Positions 8,932-19,300 of a stretch of DNA of 64,000 nucleotides are shown here, one piece after another (positions within the stretch are counted from its first letter, which is position 1; every line of letters begins with the position of its first letter). Under the pieces are notes generated by a model, which saw nothing but the letters and a program-made list of their open reading frames with translations, was not told the DNA's origin and ran no database searches. Location of the stretch: NCBI GenBank assembly GCA_965645245.1, contig OZ287074.1:2108001-2172000 (forward strand), in the 5' to 3' direction. The position numbers and the translations under genes are program-made. Source of the DNA: Massalongia carnosa. Lineage: Eukaryota.

Positions 8932-11900
8932 TTCCTGATGATAGTCGCCATCAGGAATGTCGAGAAGTTTCATTAAGGGTTGTTAGAGCATCTGTTCTTT
9001 CTGTCGATCATCTCGTTCCGGGCAAGCATCTTTTATTTAGATGTAGTATAGCCTCTAATGAAAATCAGTTGATGATCGATAACGGAAGTGAAGCTCAATT
9101 TCTTCATGAATCCTTTGCGCGCAAAAGAAAACTAGAGACCATTAGACTAAAAAAAAGAGACAGGGTCAGACTGGAACTTGGGGATGGAAAAGTCCATCAA
9201 ATCATTGATAAGGCCGTTATCGTTCCCGTCAGAATCGGAGATCATGAGGAAAAGTTATTCTGCTATCTGGCCGACATAGGTAATCATACCTTGATCATCG
9301 GTGATGGATGGCTGCAGGAGCATAACCCTCACATTGATTGGGTTGAACGCACCATGACGTTCTCCAATCGGTGCGTCAGTAAGGGATGCGCACCTCGATC
9401 TCATTCAGTCTCAAAATTTGAATCCACAATCTTGGAGAAGGAAACGACTGCCTCAGCAAAGAACGAGGCCTTTGAAAATTTCGATATTCAGTCCCTCACC
9501 CCGAAGCGATTTATGAAACTTCTTCGAAGATCGGGTCATCAGACTTACTGTTTCTATCCGAGGGAAAAGCTCAACAAGAAGTTAGATAGGTACGAGAAGA
9601 AGCTTCTGACTGCTTCAAGTATCAACGCAGTCACCAGCGACGATCATGAGAAGTTCATGAAAGACAAAGTCGAATATACTCTGGAAGAATTGAAAAAACG
9701 AGTACCCGAGGCCTATCATGGCGAGATTGAAGTCTTCATGAGGGCTAAGGCAGACGAGTTGGCACCTCATCGAAAAGAGGATCACGAAATCAATTTGATG
9801 CCCGGGATCGAGCCCCCGTTCATCAAGAATTATCGGCCCATGTCCGAACAGGAATTGACCGCGGTAAGAAAATATCTAGATGAGCACTTAGCAAAAGGGT
9901 TTATTCGTCCGAGCTCGTCAAAGGCGGCCGCGCCGGTACTATTGGTCAGGAAACCAGGCGGGGGTCTTCGCTTTTGCGTAGATTATCGAGATCTGAATAA
10001 TATCACGGAGAAAAGTCGATACCCCATTCCATTGATCAGCGAGACATTGGCGAAACTCGCCAAAGCAAAGTGGTTTACTAAATTGGACGTCATTCATGCA
10101 TTCAATAGGATGAGGATTAAAGAGGGACAAGAGTGGCTCACGGCGTTCAATACTCGATACGGTCAATTTGAATATCTTGTGATGCCCTTCGGACTATGCA
10201 ACGCTCCATCAACATTTCAGAGCTATATCAATAACTCCCTGCGAGAATACTTAGATTATTTCGTCACCGCCTATCTGGACGACGTACTGGTGTTCAGTGA
10301 AACAGAAACGGAGCACATCGAGCAGGTACTGAAGGTACTTCGTCGTCTGAAAGAAAGAGGACTTCAACTGGACATAGACAAGTGTGAATTCTCTGTCTCC
10401 GAAGTCAAGTACCTCGGAATGTTCGTAGGGGTGAATGGCGTTAGAATGGACCCAGAAAAGGTGACGGCCATACTAGAATGGAAGACGCCCGCGTCAGTAA
10501 AAGAGGTGCAGTCCTTTCTTGGATTCGCTAACTTCTATCGTCGCTTCATTGAGCGATTCTCCGAAAAGGTGAAGTGTCTGACCGAGCTAACCCGCGGAGA
10601 GCAATATGTCACGAAAGGCGGAAAGAGACGCACCAAGTATCAAGACTTCGTGTGGACCACTGAATGTCAGCAAGCTTTCGAAGACATGAAGATTTCTTTT
10701 ACCTCTGCGCCGATTCTTGCTCATTACGACCCAAGGCTAGAGACCTGGGTGGAGACAGACGCATCTGACTTCGTAGTATCGGGGATACTCTCTCAGATGC
10801 ATGAAGGCGTTCTGAAACCCGTGGCTTATTTCTCGAAGAAGATGAGCCCCGCCGAATGCAATTATGAGATCTACGATAAAGAACTCCTAGCCATCGTAGA
10901 AAGTTTCGTCATCTGGAGACCGGAGCTAGCGGGAGTGGAGCAATCAACAAAGGTCTACTCAGATCATAAGAATCTGGAGACCTTCATGACTTTGAAACAA
11001 CTAAATCGCCGTCAAGTGCGTTGGGCTGAGATGCTGGCGGAATATAATTTTCGCATTATGTATAGACCAGGCAAGCAAGGGGGCAAACCGGACGCCCTCA
11101 CCAGAAGAGAGCAAGATCTGCCGATGGACGCGGAGGATGATCGCACCAGATATCAATATCAGGTGCTGCTAAAAGAAAATCAGCTGGACGATGAAGTGAA
11201 ACAGGACCTGAAGCTGTACGTGACAACCAGATCCATGGCCAATCGAGAACGGGTTGAAGACAACATTACTACTGACTCATCCGATCAAATCAGGGATGAG
11301 GAAGTAGAGGACTTGACGGTAGAGGAGTTCACAATCAATTCGAATGATGATTCGGATGCAGAAAAGCCTGATGAATTATTAGAAAATCTTTTAGCGGAGG
11401 CATATCAAGAAGACGCAATGATTCAGGAAGTCATGAAGGCTAAGTTGGAAAATCTGAAGAAATTGCCCGATAAAATTCTAAGCAACGGGCTGAGACTGGC
11501 GATGGGTGACTTGGAAGTCCGTCACGAAAGACTATACTACAAAACACGCCTCTTCATTCCGAATTTCGACAAGCTGAAGCTGCGTCTTTTATCGGATCAT
11601 CATAATCCCCCGATGCAAGGACACCCCGGGTATCGAGGCATGTATGCCAAAATGCTGGAGAACTATTTCTGGATGTCCATGAAGGATGATTGTCGAAGAT
11701 ACGCTACTAACTGCTCTACATGCCGAAGGTCCAAGGCGTACAACGATCAGAAACAGGGACTATTAGCCCCACTACCCATACCTCAAAGAAAATGGACAGA
11801 CTTATCTCTGGACTTTGTAGTCAAACTGCCCAAATGTCACAGACGGGGCCGGACGTACGAAAATATCTTGGTTATCGTGGACAGATTGACCAAACGTAGG

Positions 11901-12998
11901 TTGTACGAACCTATGGTGGATATAGGCACGAAGGACGTACTAGAAGTCCTCAAACGTCGGGTCTTTTCAACATACGGCTTGCCAAACTCCATCGTCCACG
12001 ATCGCGGGACGCAATTGACAGCCCATCTGTGGAAGCGAATTTGTCAGCGATTAGGAGTCAAATCGAAACCGTCCTCCGCGCATCATCCAGAAACAGATGG
12101 TCAAACCGAAAATGCGAATAAGGTTATGAAGAACTACCTGAGAGCATACGTCAGACATGCTCAAGACGACTGGGTGGACTACTTACCAGATGCCGAATTT
12201 GCAGTCAATAATCATACGAACGCTTCAACCGGAATGTCCCCCTTCTTCGCTGATCACGGTTATCACCCTCGTAGTGGCTCGGAGCCGCCTCAGCCTTTTG
12301 ACTCAAATGTCACCGGACGCGCGGAACTGATGTCGGCAGACAAAATAACCGCCCGACAAGAAGCCATGACCAAATGGCTTATCGAGCACCTAACCTGGGC
12401 ACAGGCAGATCAGATGAGATATGCCAATGAGTCGCGGGCCCCACATCCAGACTACAAGATAGGAGACATGGTATATGTCAACACCAAAGATTTCTCCGTC
12501 GACAAGCAGAGTCGCTCCCTGAGTTCCAAAAACGCGGGGCCATGGAAAATCATCCGAAACATAGATAACAAGGCCTATGAATTGGAAATTCCCGAACACT
12601 TGAAAAGAGTGGGGCTCACACCCATATTTCATCCATGGAAACTTCATCTGGCTCCTACGAACCCATTCCCCGGTCAACTTATTGAACCGGGTCCCCCGAT
12701 ACTGATTCAAGAAGACGCCGAATCCAGTCCTCATGAAGAATATGAAGTCCTCGAAATCGTCGACTGCCGTGAAACTAAGAAATACGGCACTCAGTATAAA
12801 GCAACCTATATCGGCTCATGGGATGACTGGAACGCAAACCCACCTTGGCAGCCATGGACTGATTTCATTCGCGCCAAAGAAGAAATCAGAAAATTTCATA
12901 CAGACAATAAAGGAAAACCCAACGCCCCAAAGGATGTCCTATTCATGAATAACAGTCAACCATCGACGTCCGGAGCCGCCGTCTCAGAGGAGGGGTAG
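8928..12998 (+). CDS. pol: Gypsy Pol: protease, RT, RNase H, integrase, chromodomain
   Basis: IDNGS protease; LRFCVDYR, MPFGL, YLDD; TDAS, YDKELLA; HHCC and DDE integrase; GPW; EYEVLEIVD chromodomain. Confidence 0.97.
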   Translation: MIPDDSRHQECREVSLRVVRASVLSVDHLVPGKHLLFRCSIASNENQLMIDNGSEAQFLHESFARKRKLETIRLKKRDRVRLELGDGKVHQIIDKAVIVPVRIGDHEEKLFCYLADIGNHTLIIGDGWLQEHNPHIDWVERTMTFSNRCVSKGCAPRSHSVSKFESTILEKETTASAKNEAFENFDIQSLTPKRFMKLLRRSGHQTYCFYPREKLNKKLDRYEKKLLTASSINAVTSDDHEKFMKDKVEYTLEELKKRVPEAYHGEIEVFMRAKADELAPHRKEDHEINLMPGIEPPFIKNYRPMSEQELTAVRKYLDEHLAKGFIRPSSSKAAAPVLLVRKPGGGLRFCVDYRDLNNITEKSRYPIPLISETLAKLAKAKWFTKLDVIHAFNRMRIKEGQEWLTAFNTRYGQFEYLVMPFGLCNAPSTFQSYINNSLREYLDYFVTAYLDDVLVFSETETEHIEQVLKVLRRLKERGLQLDIDKCEFSVSEVKYLGMFVGVNGVRMDPEKVTAILEWKTPASVKEVQSFLGFANFYRRFIERFSEKVKCLTELTRGEQYVTKGGKRRTKYQDFVWTTECQQAFEDMKISFTSAPILAHYDPRLETWVETDASDFVVSGILSQMHEGVLKPVAYFSKKMSPAECNYEIYDKELLAIVESFVIWRPELAGVEQSTKVYSDHKNLETFMTLKQLNRRQVRWAEMLAEYNFRIMYRPGKQGGKPDALTRREQDLPMDAEDDRTRYQYQVLLKENQLDDEVKQDLKLYVTTRSMANRERVEDNITTDSSDQIRDEEVEDLTVEEFTINSNDDSDAEKPDELLENLLAEAYQEDAMIQEVMKAKLENLKKLPDKILSNGLRLAMGDLEVRHERLYYKTRLFIPNFDKLKLRLLSDHHNPPMQGHPGYRGMYAKMLENYFWMSMKDDCRRYATNCSTCRRSKAYNDQKQGLLAPLPIPQRKWTDLSLDFVVKLPKCHRRGRTYENILVIVDRLTKRRLYEPMVDIGTKDVLEVLKRRVFSTYGLPNSIVHDRGTQLTAHLWKRICQRLGVKSKPSSAHHPETDGQTENANKVMKNYLRAYVRHAQDDWVDYLPDAEFAVNNHTNASTGMSPFFADHGYHPRSGSEPPQPFDSNVTGRAELMSADKITARQEAMTKWLIEHLTWAQADQMRYANESRAPHPDYKIGDMVYVNTKDFSVDKQSRSLSSKNAGPWKIIRNIDNKAYELEIPEHLKRVGLTPIFHPWKLHLAPTNPFPGQLIEPGPPILIQEDAESSPHEEYEVLEIVDCRETKKYGTQYKATYIGSWDDWNANPPWQPWTDFIRAKEEIRKFHTDNKGKPNAPKDVLFMNNSQPSTSGAAVSEEG

Positions 12999-13797
12999 TG
13001 TCAGGGTCCTGAGGTCACCTGACATCAGACTAGCATCGATTAGGTAATGTGCCGAGGAACCGACTTTTCAGGGGTTATATAGAACTCCGCCCGAGTAAAG
13101 CTTTTAGACTTCGTCTGAAGATTTTGGTGTAGAACTAGGCTATTGAAATTGAACTCGTTTTATCCCTCACACTATCAAATAATCTCCCAAATAGCCTCTC
13201 AAATAACTTGCCAATTAGCCTCCCAAATAGTCTCCCAGATAATCTCCGCGGCTTTTCAAATAGCCTTTCAAATAATCTCCCAAACAGTTTCCTAAATAGC
13301 TATCAGATAGCCTCTTGAATAGCCTCAATATCTATCTCCCCCGTTATCGATTTTCATTTTCCGCCGCTTTTAGCATAGCTTCTTCAGCTTTTTGATCTCG
13401 TGCATCTTGATTAGTCTATTTTCTCGAAGCTGTCGATAATGAGGCACTCTAGAAGCGGAAAAATAATCGACTCCCTTTCAACCCGATTTTTGTATTATAT
13501 GTCGTTTGACGTGGTTATAAGCCCGACTGTCTCGAGTCTTATCTATATCATCGTCAATTTTTTTCGTCAAAATATCTTCGGTTAACATTCCTGTATCGAG
13601 TTCACGTTGATAATCAGCAATCGTTTCTCGTGCGAGCGATAAATATTTTATTTTGCACCCAATAATTCGTCAACCCGAAATGGTGAAACGATAGAAGAAA
13701 AAATGAGAGCGTTTGAAGAAACAAAACGGGATCGCGAATGAATAACAGTATTGTGTTCTTGCACCTAATAAAATAATTAATCAAAACGTCAAAGTTC

Positions 13798-13967
13798 TGT
13801 AACGGTTCGACCATGCGTGGTGCGGACGGCAGGACCTACAGCGAACATAGCAGGAGTCCCAGTTATAGTAGAGTAGAGCCTGGTCTGCGGACTAAGTATT
13901 GTGCCTTTTGGTCGGGAGGGCAGGTGGCGCAATGGTAGAAATCTATTCACTATCTCGCTTCGTCACA
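13798..13967 (+). mobile_element. Solo LTR of the TGTAACGG family (170 bp)
   Basis: Near-identical to the LTRs at 62026-62195, 62425-62595 and 40421-40575 (minus). Confidence 0.85.
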
Positions 13968-14003
13968 TCTAGTTATCATGTAATATACGAAGTACTTTAT
14001 AAT

Positions 14004-14174
14004 TGTCAGGCAGCTTGCCCTGATATTATTCAGTAGCTATAAACTAGAATTTAACTACAAGGAAGGAAAGAAAAGAATAATCATCGCTGAACTCCTCAAC
14101 ATGATCTACCGTGGCGCGCTAGCTAGTCAAGCGACGCGCGCTACTGCTTAGGCGAGTCAAGCTGTCCCGTGACT
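14004..14174. mobile_element. Probable solo LTR remnant
   Basis: TGTCAGG start and CCGTGAC end, like other LTRs in the window; no TSD found. Confidence 0.4.
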
Positions 14175-14180
14175 AAGTTA

Positions 14181-16370
14181 CGGGATTTCCCGGTGAAACG
14201 CCGAACCCGGTGAGAACGCCGAAATTTCTAAATTTCGGCACTTTGCTATTTTTTGCTACCATGCGACAACCACCACGATTGATACACTGAAGCTTTGGTA
14301 AATTGTACATAGAAGGTGTCCAATTTGATGTATAGAAGAAAAATTCTATTCGCCAAAATGATTTGGCTTTCGCACCTCTCTCCCCCTAGATGTACGAGAA
14401 ATTATCATTTCCACTCCACCAACCACCTCGACATCATCACTTTGCTCCTGGGACTGCTTTCGACACTTTGGCACCTGCTTTGGCCCTGTAGATGTCGATT
14501 TCAACCTCAGCGATAATTCAGAAGGCTTAGTACTTGCGTTTTTCAATTCTTTTTGGGCCTGCTTTTCGACCGCTTTAGACTGCCTCGCCTCCTCGATCAA
14601 TCGTTTTTTTTCTATAGCAACTAGGGCCCGTTCTTGCTTTTCTTTTTCCTTCAGCGACTTGTTAAAAACTAATTGTGCCCGTTTTTCAGCGAGATCCTGT
14701 TGCCGTCGTGTCTTTTCGTCATCTTTTGAAGCCTGATAGGCTCTGGCCGCTGCCACCCTACCCGGACTGAAAAATTGAGGCCCAGAATCTTCTTCACCTA
14801 GCAAATTCAGGCGTTTACCACGTTTTCGTCGTTTCTTTTCCTCTTTAAGTGCCTCACATAGGCCCCTAATTACGTGTTGATCAATAGAACGATTAGCTGC
14901 GAGACGCTCATTTGCAGCAAATATCTTGGACAACAAAACTCTATTTGGCTCTTTTACGTAGGCTTTTTGTATGCGACGAACCGCCCGTCCCGTCATAGGT
15001 GTCTTGGGTGCTTGTGTGACGTTAGGTATCTCCTCTGGTGAAGGCGATTTGGTGATTTTATCTAGTAGGATGTTTGGATTGTACGGCCATATGCCTGTCT
15101 TCTCAAACCCAGAGTTTATGTTCTTTTCATTGAAGGCCTTCTGCCAGGCAGGCCAAAAAAACACCCCAGAAGACTCTTTTTGATATGTTCACTGTGCCCA
15201 ATGAGTTAAACATCATATCATTGAGGCCATTCGTATAATACCGGGCCAGGGGGGCAAACAATGAAACATCTAGGGGTTGCAACCGGTGCGTAGTATGCGA
15301 TGGTAGAATCATCAATAGAATTCGTAGTTCATCGCATTTATTGATGAATTTCATATTGACGTGGCTAGAATGACCATCCACCACCAGCAACCGCCTTCTA
15401 TGCCCCATTTGCTTCGTACATCGTTCAAAAACACGCTCAAGCCAGTTCAGACCAAGCAGGTCACAACTCCATCCATTGGAGGAGACCGCGAAGAAAGCTT
15501 GCTGATCTACACTCCAATCTTCTAACCATGTATCCTGAAGTGTCTTTGAATCGCCTCTATAGATCAGCGCGGGTGGTAAAGCGGTACCGTTTGCGCATAT
15601 GCAAGCCAGTAGACTGATGAATTCACGACTTCCATCTTGACTCGCATGGGTTATGCGCCCCGATTCTAGAGCTTCAAGAGTCATTATTCGCTTTACGGCA
15701 GAGGCCATGCCAATTAAAAAGCCCTTTTCGTCCCAATTATAGACGTTATCTGCTGTGATGTTATATTTTTCGATGCCCGCGATCAACTAGAAGAAATGTT
15801 GACTATTAGGCACAAATGCGACGCAATTAGGGGCAGTTATATTGTCAAAACTACGGACCTGATCATAGAATTGTTTGAATGTAGGTGCATACTCAGACTT
15901 TATGCGTAGACTGTCCATGTTGCGTAAATATAGACTTTTAAGTCTATCTTGATTTCGCTTAGTGAATTCTCCCGCCCAGTTCCTACCTACTGACGACTGG
16001 ATCATTTCTTCTGCCAAATTGCGCACAATTGTAGGGGTAGGAGGTATTCCTCTGTCGGTTAATCGATTGATTTGTGAGATTAGAGCCTCTTCTTGGACCG
16101 TTGTGAGGCGTTGCTTATGTGTGGATGAAGCCTCCCGTCGGGAGACCGATTGGCCTTTCCATCGCCGCCGAAGAGTACTTTCGACTAGGCCAAATTTCTT
16201 AGCAGTTGCAAGTATATTTGGTCGCTCTTGCGATTCTAAATTAGCAATTGCTTGGTCAATTGGCGCGGTGGTAGTAGTGTTATTCATGGTTGAAGAGGGT
16301 AAGGTGGTGCGGAGTAATTTTCTAAAATTCGGCGTTGTCACCGGGTTCGGCGTTTCACCGGGAAATCCCG
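14181..16370 (-). mobile_element. pogo/Fot1-like DNA transposon
   Basis: ~43-bp TIRs CGGGATTTCCCGGTGAAACGCCGAACCCGGTGA..., TA TSD at 14179-80 and 16371-72. Confidence 0.95.
14346..16288 (-). pseudogene. pogo/Fot1 DDE_1 transposase with a 72-nt intron (15787-15858) and a +1 frameshift in a T7 run near 15158
   Basis: HTH_psq/CENP-B N-terminus, YNWDEKGF, LVVDGHSSH, LQPLDV; GTCCGT...CTAAT...TAG intron; removing one T restores GVFWPAW. Confidence 0.85.
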
Positions 16371-16372
16371 TA

Positions 16373-19300
16373 CAGAGCATGTCAGGTCAGGCAGGACCCC
16401 TGACACTATCTCCTTCTATGGACGACGTCTCGGAGTCGTGATTAATCCGCTCCGTTCATCCAGTTCTTGATTAAAAGTAACGAATAATCGCTTATTCGAA
16501 GCTAAGCCTCATCGGGTCCATCTACGGAAACCGTAGATAGTCTGACGTTATCGATCGTCTGATCCATCCCTGTGAGGTCCTCTGGCACCTTCGGTTTTCG
16601 AGGATGTTCTCTATAATATTGCAGAACCTTTTCGATAGACTTTCTGAAGTCGTTCCACGATTGCCAAGGTGGGTCGGCGTTCCATTCGTCCCAATTTCCA
16701 ATATATGTGGCCTTATACTGTACCCCAAATTTCCTTGTCTCTCGACAGTCCACTATCTCTAAGACTTCCCACTCTTCATGTGTTGCCTCCTCATCGTTCT
16801 CGGTGATCAAGACAGGTGGGCCGGGAGGCAGTACTTGCTCTGGGAATGGATTGGACGGAGCGAGATGCAACTTCCATGGATGAAATATTGGGGTGAGTCC
16901 CACATTCTCTAAATTCTGTGGTATGTCAAGCTCATATGCCTTTTTAGCGATTATCCTAATAATTTTCCAGGGACCAACGTTTTTAAACCCGAGGGAACGA
17001 CTTGGACGCTCTGATGCGAAATGTTTAGCATTAATGTACACTAAATCGCCCACTTTGTATTCTGGTGCGGTTGACGATCTTTGTTAGCATGTCGTGTTTG
17101 TTCTTCCTGGGCCCATGTTAGCTGATTTCTTAACCATTCTCGCATTGCTTCCTGGCGAGCGACTATTTTGTCAGCATGAAGTATCTCGGCTTTTCCCTTT
17201 TCTTCATATGTTCCTAGAGGCTCTATTCCCGAACGAGGATGAAAGCCGTGATCTGCGAAGAATGGCGTCATTCCTGTCGAAACGTTAACATGATTATTGA
17301 CGGCGAACTCGGCATCTAAAAGATAGTCGACCCAGTTGTCCTGAGCATAATTGATGTATGATCGAAGGTAGTTCTTCATTACTTTATTTGCATTCTCAGT
17401 TTGACCATCCGTTTCTGGATGATGCGCTGAAGAGAACTTTATCTTCACTCTGTATCTTTCACAAATTCTTTTCCACAGATGAGCAGTCAGCTGACTGCCT
17501 CGATCGTTTACCGTTGACAATGGAAAGCTATACGAGGAGAAGAGTCGTCGAGACATGGCGTCCATTAATTCGTCGGTGGAGAGTGACGTAAGCGGCTCGT
17601 ATAATCGTCGTTTGGTTAGACGGTCTACTATCACTAATATGTGTTGATACACTCTATTCCTTCGCCGACATTCCGGCAAAAACTCCACAAAGTCTAAAGA
17701 GTCTGTCCATTTTCTGTTCGGTATGGATAGAGGATTCAGTAAGCCCTGTTTCTTGACATTGTATGATTTTGACCTTCGACAAATGGAGCAGTTCACTGCG
17801 TATCTTTTGCAGTGATCTTTCATGTCGAACCAGAAGTAGTTTTCCATCAGTGACTGATACATGCTTTTACATCCCGGGTGTCCTTGCAGAGGAGGTTCGT
17901 GATGTTTCTGCAACAGGCATAATTGAAGGGGTTCATGATCTGGGACATATAGCCTTTCTTTGACATATAGTCTTTCATCTTTCATTTTGAGATCTCCCAT
18001 GGCTAATTTGATCCCTTTCTTTATAAGATGCGATGGAAGCTTGCGAAGTTCTCGTGTTTTGGCAGCGATTATGTCTTGAACTACTTCATCTTTTTCATAA
18101 GCTTCTTCAATTAGTTCTTCTAGAGGTTTCGCTGATGGATCTTCTTCCGAATCGTCGCCTAGTTCTTTCACTGTATTTTCATCTAGAATCTGACTGTGAG
18201 CCTCATCATCGTCCTTGATGTCCTGAGGTTCTTCAGCTTCTTCGTCAGTGTCATGTGTTCTTGTGTTTGCACAGAAGATCACTGATAAGGCCTTCTTTAC
18301 GTCACCGTCCAGTTGATGCTCTTGTAGCAATGTCTGTAATTGATGTTATTGTCGAGAGTCATAAAACCCTTTCGGAAGATCTTGAGAACGTCGAGTAAGT
18401 GTGTCCGGCTTTCGCCTTGTCTGCCTGGTCAGTATATGATTTTGAAATTGAACTCCGAAAGGAATTCAGCCCATCGGGCCTGTCTGCGGTTCAGTTGCTT
18501 TGTCGTCACAAAGTGTTCCAGGTTTTTATGATCAGTATAAACTTTGATTGGCTGGTCAAGCGCAGCACTTGCTGCCTCGGGCCGCCAGACCTCGAAGCTC
18601 TTTATGATAGCGAGGAGTTCCTTATCATATATCATGTAATTGCATTCAGCCGGTGTCATCTTCTTGGAGAAATATGCTACCGATCTGAGCACTCCGTCAT
18701 GCATCTGAGATAAGATTCCGGCAGTGATGAAATCCGAAGAGTCTGTTTCTATCCATGTCTCTAGAGAAGGATCGTAGTGCGCTAACACTGGTGCAGTAGT
18801 GAAGGCCTCTTTCAAATCTTCGAAAGCTTTTTTACAATCTTCGGTCCAGATGAACACGTTATATCGGGTTCTCTTCTTGCTTGACTTGGTCGTTATTTGT
18901 TCCCCTTTTGTTAATTCCGTCAGAGACCTTGTACGCTGAGAGAACTTTGATATAAATCTTCGATAGAAGTTTGCAAAGCCTAGAAAAGCTTGCACGTCCT
19001 TCACGGACTCCGGAGTTTCCTATTTCAAAATCGCTTCAATCTTCTCGGAATCCATTTGTATTCCATCAGTGGTGACTATAAGTCCGAGGTATTTTACTTT
19101 AGTCACCGAGAATTCACATTTGTCAATGTCAACTTGAAGTCCTCGTTCCCCCAAGCGTTTAAGAACCTTCAAAACGTGATCTGAATGTTCTTCCTCATTA
19201 TCACTGTAGATCAAGATGTCATCCAGATAAGCAGTACAAAAGACGTCTAAATATTCCCGAACAGAATTATTTATATAACTCTGAAAAGTCCCTGGAGCAT

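Larger units (their letters stand above)
7121..13171 (+). mobile_element. Intact chromovirus Ty3/gypsy LTR retrotransposon
   Basis: Identical 173-bp LTRs (7121-7293, 12999-13171), TSD CTATC, PPT AGAGGAGGGGTAG, open gag and pol. Confidence 0.98.
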
